A stretch of DNA of 61,967 nucleotides, filler included, from Basidiobolus ranarum (GCA_040143965.1; 26 parts of 26 records of this genome joined end to end with filler, not necessarily neighbours in it); one strand, 5' to 3'; positions 47,782-60,117 are shown, counted from the first letter of the whole stretch. The notes: generated by a model from the letters alone, not told the origin. Numbers and translations are program-made.

Positions 47782-50063
47782 GATTGGATCAAACTCTCCT
47801 CTCCTCAATAATCAAAGCTTCTTCCTTTACTTTAAGTTTTACAAGTGGGCAAATGTTTGCCAATAACAAAGAGTCTGTAACAAAACCTTTTTCTTTTTCT
47901 TCAACTTCTGATATATTACCATCAGTACTGGATTAACCAAGGTCAACATCTAGCTGTATGTCCTCAAAGTTATCTGGACTTACTGGTTTGACCAGATTTG
48001 AATTTCTATCTATATCATTCTGCTCATATAATTGTAGTAACTCCACAGTATCTTGTCTTTTGGTGGTGTTATAAAAACTTTGAGGCAAAGTACAGTCAGC
48101 AGACTAAATGGGCAAAACCAAAGTCAATTTTGCGCACATATTACTGTTGATATTCACCAGGCTTTGTGCAACTGCTGGCTTTGTACAGTGACTGTGCTTG
48201 TGATTATTTTTTCTATGAAGCCTCTGGCTTTCATAGCATGAGAATTTGTGACAATAATAGCAGGGCTTCTTTAAACATTTGTGCTGTGGCATGAGAAGGA
48301 TATTGTGGAGAAAAATACACCATCTATGTAGGGTGGTATTTCAGGTATAGCCCATCAATATCATCAGCTGATTCTGAGACAGTGTCACTGATGAGTCATC
48401 AGGGGATTCACAAGATATTTCCAGTAATGGATGGCAATTTTGGTTTACTACAAGCTGTTTATAAGTAACTTCAATGCCAATCAAAAAGCATTTAAAATTT
48501 AAGTCAAAATTGGCTTTCAAGCCAAAGCCTGCTAGCACAAAAGGAAAAAAACCAGCATGAACAGAGGATTTAATTAATGAGAAGTCTGACAATCCACTAT
48601 TCACTTTGGAAGGCATTAACATGCCAGAAACTAACACAAGTAATGATGAAGCAATAATCAATTTACAAGATGTGTTTGTTTCCAGCATTAGTGCAAGTAA
48701 AGAGATTGTAATCTCTCAATTACGTAGTAAAGCAATAGTTGAGCAAAGTACAACCAAAACATTGTCAAGACCATCAACTTCCAAAATGGCTACTTTGCCC
48801 ACAATTGAACAACCCTTGGCACAAAATTTGGATAGAATGACTACAACAAGGGAATTGCAGGCAGAGCACCATAATGATATGTATGCAATCATAAGTAAAA
48901 ACTATGAAGTTGTTATACAGGCCATGACAATTAATACTGCCACAATATTGCAATTAATGCAGTGTTTGGAAGCAACTAGTCAACAATTAGAGAATCACTC
49001 AACAATGCTACAAGACTTTCACAATGCTGTACTTGAGCTACAGCAACATTTCTGCTGCCTCCATCCTTTCTCACACAGGATTTCAATCAATCACACAGCA
49101 TACATATGAACATCACTGTCACAATATAGCAGAGCAGAATATTAGTCACAACATTAAGCCAACACAAAGACCTGAAATTGCCTGGGCATATGAAAGTAGA
49201 AATCTCATAAAAAACCGGCAAACCAAAAGACTCTAAACATCAGAGCTGCTGTCACTTACTCTGATGATGAGTGGTTTCACATTTTGGAAACTGTATGGAA
49301 TCTGGCCCAAAAATCACCTGGATTTGAGCCAATTGTGGAAAAACCAAAAACCAGGTGTTACTCTGAAGGTTCTTCACTTATTTAATGTTGCTTATCCTGG
49401 GTTTTTGCAGGCAAATGGTAATTGGCTAGTATAGGCCTATTCCTGAGACATCTCAAAAATATATGCAATTAGTGACTTGGAAAAGAAAGAAATGTTGCTC
49501 AAGAAGTACTCAAGGAGCAGGAAGTTAGTCAACCAAAGGGAAAAGCAAAGGAGCCAGTGAGTTTAGGCTCTACCATCCTACTTACCAAATTCTTCCACCA
49601 TTAAAAAGATCTGCATTTCCAGAGTCAAATATACTGGCAAAAAATCTTAATTTCACCATGGATTCAGGTACACCAGTTGGAAGAGTACTAAATTTGGAAG
49701 TTTATCCAACACCTGGCACCTGTCAACAAGCCAAAACACCAGCAAATAAAACTCATGGCACTCAAACCTCCACTGGTACTTTCCAAAGTGTTGAAATTAG
49801 CCCCAAAGTTAAAGGCAAGCAAAAAGCTGCACAAACACCACAAAGCACCCTCAGTAGTGTCACACTGCAAGGATGCATGAAAGTAGTAAAAGTACTTGAG
49901 TATTATTTTCAAAAGTATGAAGGAAAAATACAGTGGAAGTATGCAGAAAGTGGCTTCAGAAGAAGAACATTCAACTTGACATTCAGCCTGGTGTTGACTG
50001 TGCAGATATCTGGGAAGAACTTAATACAGAGTAGCACATTATTGCAGGGTATCTGCCAGATAG
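47782..50063 (+). mobile_element. Longest uninterrupted CACTA-family segment: ORF1 start (minus) and near-complete ORF2 (plus)
   Basis: ORF1 ATG at 48292 on the minus strand, ORF2 from about 48474 on the plus strand, separated by about 180 bp. The 3' end links to the terminus at 9025-9474. Confidence 0.85.
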
Positions 50064-50163
50064 NNNNNNNNNNNNNNNNNNNNNNNNNNNNNNNNNNNNN
50101 NNNNNNNTTAATTAATTAANNNNNNNNNNNNNNNNNNNNNNNNNNNNNNNNNNNNNNNNNNNN

Positions 50164-50405
50164 CATCCATACTCAAAGATATCCTTTGAGATTTCTAGAC
50201 TTAAGACACTATGAATAAAGCTTTCATTATCTTTTGAATGTGCAATAATGTCTAAAAGTACTTTTCTTAAACATGCCACATAAGTAAAATAAACTGTTTC
50301 TAAAATGGTAAATAACATTGTGCCGGATAGTGCCCAATCATGCCAATTTGTGCTGGCACACTTTTTAGCTGGCCTGATCTGGCTCAATAAAATGGAACAA
50401 GTCTA
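50164..50405 (-). mobile_element. TAGACTTG-ended unclassified element terminus
   Basis: Matches 21533-21638 and 52236-52445. Confidence 0.7.
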
Positions 50406-50408
50406 TTA

Positions 50409-51760
50409 ACAGCTGATGTTGTGATGGTGTCGCAGATGAGTCATCAGGGGATTTTCATGATATTTTGGCAATAAATGGCAATTCTGGTGTTTTATAAGTG
50501 GTTTCTAAGCAATTTCATTTTACCAAGTTACCATCAGAGAATTCCAATGCCATTCAAAAGGTGTTCAAAATGTAAGTCAAAATTGGCTTCCAAGCCAAAG
50601 CCTGCTGGCATGAAAGGAAAAAAACCAGCAAGAACAGAGGACGTAACTGATGAGCACTCTAGCAATCCATTATCCACTTTGGAATGCATTAACAGACCAG
50701 AAACTAACTCAAGTAATGATGAAGCAGTAATCAATTTACTAGATGCATTCCTTTTCAGCAATAGTGCTACTGAAGAGATTGTAATCCCCCAATTACAAAG
50801 TCAATCAACAGTTGCACAGAGTTCAACCAAAACAATGTCAAGACCATCAACTTCCAAAATGGGTAAATTGCCCACTATTGATCAACTCTCTGCAGAAATT
50901 TTGGATAGAATTATTGCAACAAGAGAAATGCAGTCAGAACACCATAATGATTTGTTTTCAATCATAAGTAAAAACTATGAACTTGCTATTAAGGCTGTTT
51001 CAAGTTATAATGTCACAATATTGCAATTGATGCAGCATTTAGAAGGAATTAGTCAACAGCTAGAGAGTCACTCAACAATGATACAAAACCTTCAGAATGC
51101 TGTATGTGAGCTACAGCAACATGCTGCTCCCTCCATCCATTCTCATATGTGATTTCAATCAAACCCACATCACACATATTAATATCACCATGCCAATCTA
51201 GCTGAGCAGAATATGTATTGGACCATTAACCTACACAATGACCTGAAATTACTTGGGCACATGAAACTAGAAATCTCATAGGAAAACTGGCAAACCAAAT
51301 GACTCCAAATGTCACAGCTGCCATCACTTGCTCTGATGATCAGTGGTTTAACATTTTGGAAACTGTGTAGAATTTTACCTAAAATCACCTGGATTTGAGC
51401 CAATGTGGAAAAACCAAAAACAAGGCATTACTCGGAAGGTTCTTGACTTATTTCATGTTGCTTATCCTGGGTTTTTGCAAGCAAATGGCAATTGTGCTTG
51501 TATAGGCCTATTCATGAAATATCTCAAAACTATGCACAATTATCAACTTGGAAAAGAAATAAAAGCAGCTAAAGAAGTACTCAAGGAGCAGGAAGTTAGT
51601 AAACACAGGGGAAAAGCAAACAAGCCAGTGAGTTTAGGATCTACCATCCCACTTACCAAATTCTTCACACCATTATGAAGATCTGCATTTCCAGAGTCAG
51701 ATATACTGGCAAAAAAACTTAATTTCACCCTGGAACCGGGTGCACCAGTTGGAAGAGTGC
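50409..51760 (+). mobile_element. CACTA ORF2 copy
   Basis: ORFs 50475-51152 and 51403-51678 are colinear with the other copies. Confidence 0.82.
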
Positions 51761-52229
51761 TGTCACAATAAGGAACTGGACAAGGACTGGAAACAATGAC
51801 AAGAGGCTAAAAGGTAGGAGAGTACTTGGGTGTAGACCACAAGACAGGACAAGACTGGACAAGGAAGATACTTTGGCAACAATCTTTATTGATAACTGGC
51901 ATTGATCAGACTGAGATCTGATCAAGGAATACATGGGGCTTATATAGATATTGCAAGGTGAAGCATAATATAGTGAATAGGTATTATACTGTGGCAAGTT
52001 CAAGAGTCAGGGTGTTGGGGACTACAAGGAGCAATACAAAGAGGGATGATGTAAGGATTATCAGTTGACCTTCCATGGAAGGTCTTGTCCAAAATACACT
52101 ATGTGTGGGATGACATGATTGGTTAGGTCTTGTGGAATGTTCTAAATAACATGACTTCCATATAAGGTTATCTGGATGAACTAACACAAGATTGCTGAGA
52201 AGGGATGGCACAGCAGATATGATGTCATA
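51761..52229 (-). mobile_element. Full-length LTR family D (~469 bp), probably solo
   Basis: TGTCACA...TGTCATA ends; interrupts CACTA ORF2; no clear TSD. Confidence 0.75.
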
Positions 52230-52235
52230 ATCTAA

Positions 52236-52445
52236 TAGACTTGTTCCATTTTATTGAGCCAGATCAGGCCAACTAAAAAGTGTGCCAGCACAAATTGGCA
52301 TGATTGGGCACTATCTGGCACAATGATATTAGCCGCTTTGGAAACAGTTTATTTTACTTTTGTGGTATATTTAAGAAAAGTACTTTTAGACATTATTGCA
52401 CATTCAAAAGATGATGGAAGCTTTATTCATAGTGTCTTAAGTCTA
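52236..52445 (+). mobile_element. TAGACTTG-ended unclassified element terminus
   Basis: Starts TAGACTTGTTCCATTTTATTGAGCCAGATCAGGCC. Confidence 0.7.
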
Positions 52446-52787
52446 NNNNNNNNNNNNNNNNNNNNNNNNNNNNNNNNNNNNNNNNNNNNTTAATTAATTA
52501 ANNNNNNNNNNNNNNNNNNNNNNNNNNNNNNNNNNNNNNNNNNNNGAGATATATTTGCAAAAAGGCTTAATCCTACCATGCAACCAAGTACACCAGTTAG
52601 AACAGTACTAAATTTTGAAGTTTATGTGATACCTGCAGAAAGTGTCTTTGGAAGAACTTTCAATGTGACAATCAGTCTGGGGTATTGGGAAAAAATGGGC
52701 TGTTTAAAGGAACTTTAGAAAAGTAGAGTTGTGAATAGCTTTGTGAGATATTTATTTATTGTACAGAAATAAAGAATTAATACATTT

Positions 52788-53069
52788 TGTTGAAAGTCTG
52801 GTGACTTGTGGTACAAGCAGTTATTCCCAAAGAGGAAAATATGGAGTATGGTGACTTCATCTGAACACAAAGTCTGAGGCCAATCAGCTGCTTGTAAAGC
52901 TGAAATGCTAAAGTGCCATACATTGACAGACTAGGCTAAGGTTACCTAGCAATATAGGCATAGCATACAAGGACAGGTAGCTCAGTGGTTAGAGCACCTT
53001 GCTACAGTGAAAGATGTCCCAGGATCAAATCTAGGCCAGACCAATATTTCTCCCTAAATAGTTTCAACA
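52788..53069 (+). mobile_element. 282-bp solo LTR containing a tRNA-derived sequence, nested in the Copia-B LTR
   Basis: Perfect 8-bp inverted ends TGTTGAAA/TTTCAACA and perfect 5-bp TSD CATTT (52783-52787 and 53070-53074). The empty site is visible in other LTR-B copies. Confidence 0.88.
52971..53043 (+). tRNA. tRNA-like pseudogene (73 nt) within the LTR; anticodon ACA, possibly decayed ACG (Arg)
   Basis: Canonical spacing: GGACAGG-TA-GCTC AGTGGTTA GAGC-A-CCTTG CTACAGT GAAAG-ATGTC-CCAGG ATCAAAT CTAGG-CCAGACC-A. Perfect D stem and A box; decayed B box. Confidence 0.75.
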
Positions 53070-54574
53070 CATTTTGGCAGAAATACAGAACACTAACACT
53101 GAGGTTGTGTTCAGAACATCTGTGGGAGTAAAGTGAGCTATCTTTTGGGGCAATTAGGACAAGTTTGAAATTTTCAACATGGAATTGCTCATTCTCACAT
53201 TATTCACATTTATATATAATATATGTTCCAATTTTCAGCTTAGTGATATTTGACCAAGTAATGTTATCTAACTTATATGTGATATGTGAAATAGTTAGGT
53301 GTATAAAGATAGAGCTAACAAATATGATAAAGACAATAAACTTTGACACTCCCACTCAATTAAATATTCATATATCTTAATCCTGAACTTAAATCTTAAT
53401 TCTTCAAATTTTGACTTGGGTAATTGTTTGGTAAGGATGTCAGCAATCATGTGCTCAGTTGTACAGTACTCCAGTTGGATATGCTTATTCTCAATAGCTT
53501 CCCTAATAAAGTGATGTTGAATGTCAATGTGCTTACTTCTAGCCTGAAATTTGGGATTTTTAGCCAAAGAAATACAACTTTGATTATCCTTGAAAATTAT
53601 GGTGGGTGAACTATGAGCTATGCCCAAGTCTTTAAACAGTTTCATTAACCAAATACCCTCCTTTGTTGTATGTAATGCTGCCATGTACTCTGTTGCAGTT
53701 GTTGAAAGTGCTATGGTGGGTTATTTCTTGCTATTCCAAGATATAGCTGCTTCACTGTAGAGAAAGGTATATCCAGTTATAGTCCTTAATGTCACATCCC
53801 CTTCTGCATCACCAAAGCCAATTAGATCCTTTTTGTATATGAATATGTGTATCTAATCTCAGATCAATTGTCCTCTTTAAATATCTGAAACTCTGCTTAA
53901 CTGATGCATAATGCTTAGGTCCTGGATTTTGCACATGTTGGATGACTACTCCCACTGCCAAAGAGATATCTGGCCAGGTTCCAATTGTAGGATAGATCAG
54001 ACTACCTACCATGGACTGATAAGGGAACTCAGGGCTTTCAAATGACATCTTTTGAGCCATAGTTGGGCAATTTTCATCATTTTTGGTAGGATTTTTGACT
54101 AGTTACACACCTGGATTCATGAGAGCTGCTACTGGCTTGCAATTCTCCCTCCTGTAATATCTGATAATTTCTGAGATATATTGAGATTGATTGAGAGTAA
54201 TTGAATTGCTCAATATATCTGTATGGATCTGCAGGCCTAAGAAATACCTAGGATCACCTAAATTGATCATCTTGAATTGTACTGATAGATCTCTTTTGGT
54301 GTTCCTGAGATCTTCATCATTATTGGTAGCTATAATCAGACCATTTATATATAAGGCAAGTATCACCTTACTGTGCTTATCCTTCATAAAGTAGATCCCA
54401 AAATCTGCTGTTCTCTTTTTCAAATCAAGTGAGTCCAAGTATTTGTCTATCTTAGTGTACCAGGCCCTGGGTGATTGTACAAGTCCATAAAGTGATTTTT
54501 GTAACTTACACACATCCTCAGGGTACTCCGGATCCACAAAACCATGTGATTGATCCATGAAAATATCCTCTTCC

Positions 54575-54827
54575 TGTTGAAATTAGGTAAATTGCAACTC
54601 ATTATTTAGTAGTTAGTTTATTCATATTCTGATTATTTAGCACTCAATTCTGTCATTCAAAAATGTGTGTTTAATGCTGTATTTGCTGGAAATATCAATT
54701 AGATCATTTTTACTAATTTTCACTATTTTCTCAAAACTTCTCCAAATCATCTCAAATATTCACCCATGCTTAGCAGGCATGTTTATTATGATTTAAGCAC
54801 ATCCTATAGTCCTATTTCATAGTAAAC
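54575..54827 (+). mobile_element. Copia-C LTR inserted in Copia-B RT
   Basis: Matches 30010-30260. Confidence 0.88.
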
Positions 54828-54927
54828 NNNNNNNNNNNNNNNNNNNNNNNNNNNNNNNNNNNNNNNNNNNNTTAATTAATTAANNNNNNNNNNNNNNNNN
54901 NNNNNNNNNNNNNNNNNNNNNNNNNNN

Positions 54928-55288
54928 TTCCACCAAGACCTTCCATGGAAGGTCACCTGATCATCCTTACATCATCCTTGCATCATCCCTCTTTGTATTG
55001 GTCCTTGTAGTCCCTAACACCCCAACTCTCAAACTTGCCACAGTATATTCCCTATTCAGTATATTATGTTTCACCTTGCAATATCTATATAAGCACCATG
55101 TATTTCTTGATCAGACCTCAGTCTGATCAATGCCAGTTATCAATAAAGATTCTTGCCAAAGTATCTTCCTTGTCCAGTCTTGTCTTGTCTTGTCTTGTGG
55201 TCTACACCCAAGTACTCTCCTGCCTTCTAGCCCCTTGTTCTTGCTTCCAGTCCTTGTCCAGTTCCTTGTCCAGTTCCTTATTGTCACA
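54928..55288 (+). mobile_element. LTR family D, 3' part
   Basis: Ends CCTTATTGTCACA; contains short internal CTTGT repeats. Confidence 0.82.
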
Positions 55289-55899
55289 GTTTGATCAGAC
55301 TACTTACTCTGGCCTATAGACTTCTCTCCATCCCTGTTCTCAAACCTTCAAACCCCCCAAGGTTGGCTTCCCTCTTATTCCCCATCTTTCCCAAGCTTCC
55401 CTGGTAAGGCAAAGATACTTTCCACCTTTGGGTAATTGCTTTAAGTGCATCCTTGTCAAGACACTATGGGTTGAGTTTAAAGTTGTTTTTGATCAAAGAA
55501 GCTTTAGTACTTGATCAAGATCAAATGGTGCTTGAATACTTTTGAACACACTCTTTTCAAATTGAATTTGTAGTAATTGCATTGGTACTCACCCCATGAC
55601 TAATATGTTGATTCCTGCAGCTTCCAATGCAATGAACTAGGTAATAGAGCACTAGCCTGTTCACAGAAAAAAGCACCTGCTGCTAAATAAACCCAAGTCT
55701 CTGAAGATTTAACATCTTAACCAGAAGATACTCTGGCAAAAGAATTCACAAGTTTTGAAGAATTTTATCTAGAACTTGCAGTACCATACTACCAAGATCT
55801 CTTGGACTTCTCTGCCAACATTGCCACTATCAAAGATAAGAAGCACTCACCAACTACCTCAAGCCTATTTGAGTACACTTAAAACTTAATGGTCACCAA

Positions 55900-56723
55900 T
55901 ACATAGCACTATTAGAAACTTGATCAATCAACTCTATTGCCTTTCACAGAGTAGTTGAAGAACTCAATTTGGAAATAGAAAAGAAATATGGAAACATCAT
56001 TATTGATGCCAAAGATGTTTCTACCCTAAGAATAGTAGTCATTCACACTGTCAAGATTTAATATGGAATTTCTCAAATCTTACACAGCTTTGAAGTCATG
56101 AATATCCCTGCTGGATCATTAGTTGGTATTGGTCTAGATATATTGACTCAATTTGGGTACAATATTGGAGGACTACAGTTTCTTCTCCTGGACTTGGCAA
56201 ATCTCTACTACTTAATTCTGATAACAAACCAGAAGTAATCTCAGAAACTCCTGAACAAGAAGAATTATCTCCTTCCTTTGAGGCATATGCTAACTCTGGC
56301 AAGTTTGCGATTCAACCTGCAATTGAGCAAAACCAGCATATCTCTCAGAACAGTTTTTGCACCATACCAAAGTCAGTGGTTATGTTGGAAACATCACCCA
56401 ATGAGACAACTGAGAAGACAATATCCCACTTGATCAACCTTACAACCTTTAGTGGTGAAAGTAGTACAGAAATGGAATGATAATAGCAATATTACCCATG
56501 CATCTGGTAGCACTAAGTTCAATAGCCCTCAGACTTGAGCATCCAAGAAGAATTCAGAACAAATTGTGTGCTAAAAAGGCCCTATTTATTAAATCCCCTA
56601 AATGAACTGCCACCAGATGATAAATTTGCTATCTCTACAATCAGTAATATCTTTTCCTCACTCTCAGAAGCCCAAGTATTCTTTAAATTGGACATAAAGG
56701 ATGCTCATCATCAATTTCAGATT
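55900..56723 (+). mobile_element. Decayed Ty3/Gypsy protease-RT region
   Basis: HSFEVMNIP..LVGIGLDIL; LNELPPDDKFAISTISNIFSSLSEAQVFFKLDIKDAHHQF (RT motif A). Confidence 0.8.
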
Positions 56724-57208
56724 TATTGGGAAAATATGGGCTGTTTGGAGGAACTTTAGAAAAGCGGAGTTGCAAATAGCTTTGTGTGATAATTGTTTAT
56801 TGTCCAGAAATAAAGCATTTATACTTTTTGATGGAAATACAGATAACTAACACTGGGGTTGTGTTCAGAACATCTGTAGGAGTAAAATGAGCTATCTTTG
56901 GGGCAATTTGGATGAGTTTGAAATTTTCAATATGGAATTGCTAATTCTCACATTATTCACATATGTATATAATATATGTTCCCATTTTCAGCTAAGTGAT
57001 AATTGAATAAGTAATGTTAATTAACTTATATGTGATATATGAAATAGTTAGGTGTATAAAGATAGAGATAACAATTATGATAAAGACAATATACTTCAAC
57101 ACTCCCACTCAACTAAATATTCATATATCTTAATCCTGACTTAAATCTTAATTCTTCAAATTTAGGCTTGGGTAATGGTTTGGTAAGGATGTCAGCAATC
57201 ATGTCCTC
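56724..57208 (-). mobile_element. Copia-B RNase H end, PPT and complete 3' LTR (57101-56724)
   Basis: MIADILTKPLPKPKF; 378-bp LTR, the same length as 154-531. Confidence 0.9.
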
Positions 57209-57308
57209 NNNNNNNNNNNNNNNNNNNNNNNNNNNNNNNNNNNNNNNNNNNNTTAATTAATTAANNNNNNNNNNNNNNNNNNNNNNNNNNNNNNNNNNNN
57301 NNNNNNNN

Positions 57309-58635
57309 TCTGAAAATTTCAATGCCATTCAAAAAGTATTCAAAGTCTAAATCAAAATTGGCTTCCAAACCAGCGCCTGCTTGCACAGAAAGAGAAAAAC
57401 CAGCAAGAGCAGGGGACTTAATTGATGAGCAGTCTAGCAATCCCCTATCTACATTGGAAGGCATTAACATGCTGGAAACTAACTCAAGTCATATTGAAGC
57501 ATTAATCACTTTACCAGATCTGTTCCTTCCAAGGAATAGTGCAAGTGAAGAGATTGAAATACCCCAATTACATAGTAAATCAATTGTTAGGCAAGGTTCA
57601 AATAAAACACCATCAAGACCATCAACTTCCAAAAGGCTACTTTGCCCACTATTGAACAACCCTCCATAGAAAATTTGGATAGATTTATTGCAACAAGGGA
57701 ATTGCTTGCAGGACACCATAAAGATATGTAAGCAATCATAAGTAAAAACTATGAAGTTCCTATAGAGGCCATAACAAGCAATAACACTGCAATATTGCAT
57801 TTAATGCAGTGTCCAGAAGCAACTAGTCAACAGTTAGAGAGTCACTCAACAATAATACAAGACCTTCAGAATGCTGTACTTGAGCTTCAGCAACATGCTG
57901 CTCCCTCCATCCATTCTCATACGGCATTTCAATTGATCCGACACCATACATATGAATGTCACCATGACAATCTAGCAGAGCGGAATATGTGTTGGACCAT
58001 TAAGCCTACACAACAACCCAAAATGCTTGAGCACATGAAAGTAGAAATCACATAGGAAAACCAGCAAGCCAAAAGACTCTGAATGTCAAATCTGCCATCA
58101 CTTGCTCTGATGATGAGTGGTATACCATTTTGGAAACTGTGTGGAATCTTGCCCAAATTCACCTGGATTTGAGGCAATGGTGGAAAAGCCAATAACCAGG
58201 CATTACTATGAAGGTTCTTGACTTATTTCACATGGCTTATCCTGGGTTTTTGCAAGCAAAAGGCAATTGGGCCAGTATAGGCCTACTCATGAAACATCTC
58301 AAAAATGTACACAATTATTGACTTTGAAAATAAAGAAAAACAGCTAAAGAAGTACCAAAGGAGCAGAAAGTTAGTACAAATTAGCATTCAAGTGACGATT
58401 GTGTCAAATTTGAGTTATGTTTTTCACACATGTGTTGAACTGTAGTTCTCTGAGATTGTAGCCAATCATGCCCAACTATTTTGTGAGATCTTGAAATTTC
58501 CCTCCTGAAACTGAAGAAACTGATTGAAATCAAATCTAACTTGACAATTTTATGATGGTGACTAAACAGTCAATCCCAAATGGATTAAAATTGTGATGGT
58601 ATCCTTATAATAACAATCCCAAAATTCTGTTAGAG
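57309..58635 (+). mobile_element. Internally deleted CACTA ORF2 joined to its own terminus
   Basis: ORF2 runs to about 58375, then subterminal sequence ending TTCTGTTAGAG (decayed TIR). Confidence 0.78.
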
Positions 58636-58813
58636 TATTAAGTGCACAAAATCAACTTTAGTTTTGCCCACTGAGTCCACTGGCTATGCTTTGCCTCAAA
58701 GTTTTGGTAACACTGCCAAAAGTCAAGATACTGTGGATTTACCAGAGTAATATGACCAGAATGATGTAGGCAGAAATGCAACTTTGGTCAAACCAGTAAG
58801 TCTGGACAACTTT
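58636..58813 (+). mobile_element. CACTA ORF1 N-terminal fragment (insertion host)
   Basis: Matches about 1985-2163. Confidence 0.8.
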
Positions 58814-59588
58814 CCCTAACAAAATAAAATCAATTTGATCTGGATTGGATCCACCCTCCAAAAGAGCAAAACTGTCAGAGAACTGTCACAATATTGGTGA
58901 CTTCCATTCTGCCAGGGATTTTGTTGGTGTGATGGTGGTTTCTTGGCAGTATTCTGACAGTATTCATACATGTTAAAATATTAATCCTCAAAATTGGCAT
59001 TCATTATTTAATATCTGGCAATTTTGCAAAATATAATTTTCAAATGGCAAATATCTGGGTTTACTGCTGTAGGAATTTGAACAAATATGCATGCCTTTAT
59101 TTAGATACTTTAGGCTTTGTATTCCAGCTATAGTGAGAATCAAAAAATACAAGAATCTTGTTGTCTTTAGTCTCTACATATGCACATACTTGACTCATTA
59201 GACATAACTCAACACCATCAATATGCTTTACCAGTAAACTAATAGTAGAAAAATTGCTAAACATCTGAAATTTTGAATAGCACTGACACTTGGCAAATAT
59301 CTGACTCTTCTTACCATTGACAATGAGAATAAGCTTTTGGATTTTGGCAAATTTCCATAAAGAATTCAGCCAATATATCCCCAACTTGCAGTCAACAAAT
59401 GTCCTGCCACAAGTAGATGTGTCATTGTTTGAATAGATTACCCCATGGCTAAAACAATAATACTGCATATCTCCATCTATCTCACCAAGAAGTCTGTCTT
59501 GCAGCTTTCCTAAAAATACCATCAGATTATCACACAAGCAAATTAGTCCGATTATAAAGGTACTTACTCTGTGTCCATGGATTGGGCT
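58814..59588 (-). mobile_element. CACTA terminus, ORF1 side
   Basis: CCCTAACAAAATAAAATC; ORF 59097-59537 is paralogous to 23979-24434. Confidence 0.82.
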
Positions 59589-59688
59589 NNNNNNNNNNNN
59601 NNNNNNNNNNNNNNNNNNNNNNNNNNNNNNNNTTAATTAATTAANNNNNNNNNNNNNNNNNNNNNNNNNNNNNNNNNNNNNNNNNNNN

Positions 59689-59966
59689 CATTTTGGTGGA
59701 AATACAGAAAACTAACACTGGGGTTGTGTTCAGAACATCTGTGGGAGTAAAATGAGCTATCTTTGGGGCAATTTGGACGAGTTTGAAATTTTCAATATGG
59801 AATTGCTAATTCTCACATTATTCACATATATATATAATATATGTTCTGATTTTCAGCTAAGTGATATTTGACTAAGTAATGTTAACTAACTTATATGTGA
59901 TACATGAAATAGTTAGGTGTATAAAGATAGAGATAACAAATATGATAAAGACAATAAACTTCAACA
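59689..59966 (-). mobile_element. Copia-B LTR, 5' part
   Basis: Ends CTTCAACA on the plus strand; matches about 56825-57101. Confidence 0.88.
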
Positions 59967-60117
59967 AAATTACCTTTCTTAAATATACCACATAAGTAAA
60001 ATAAACTCTTTCAAAAATGGAAAACAACATAGTGCTAGATAGTGCCCAATCATGCCAATTTGTGCTGGCACACTTTTTCGCTGGCCTGATCTGGCTTAAT
60101 AAAATGAAACAAATCTA
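59967..60117 (-). mobile_element. TAGACTTG-ended element terminus inserted in Gypsy pol
   Basis: Fourth copy of this terminus. Confidence 0.7.

Larger units (their letters stand above)
52683..54574 (-). mobile_element. Copia family B 3' half: RT, RNase H, PPT and 3' LTR (53348-52683)
   Basis: KLQKSLYGLVQSPRAW, LALYINGLII (YVDD decayed), PYQSMVGSL, ARSKHIDIQHHFIRE, MIADILTK; PPT GAGTGGGAG. Confidence 0.93.

Noticed and set aside
50112-50387. ORF MSQIRPAKKCASTNWHDW... seen twice
   Set aside because: Begins with TTG right at a repeat terminus; conservation is explained by DNA-level repeat identity.
2295-59688. Regularly spaced TTAATTAATTAA repeats with ~2.3-kb intervals (CRISPR- or cassette-like periodicity)
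   Set aside because: They are assembly linkers flanked by Ns; the periodicity comes from length-sorted contigs.
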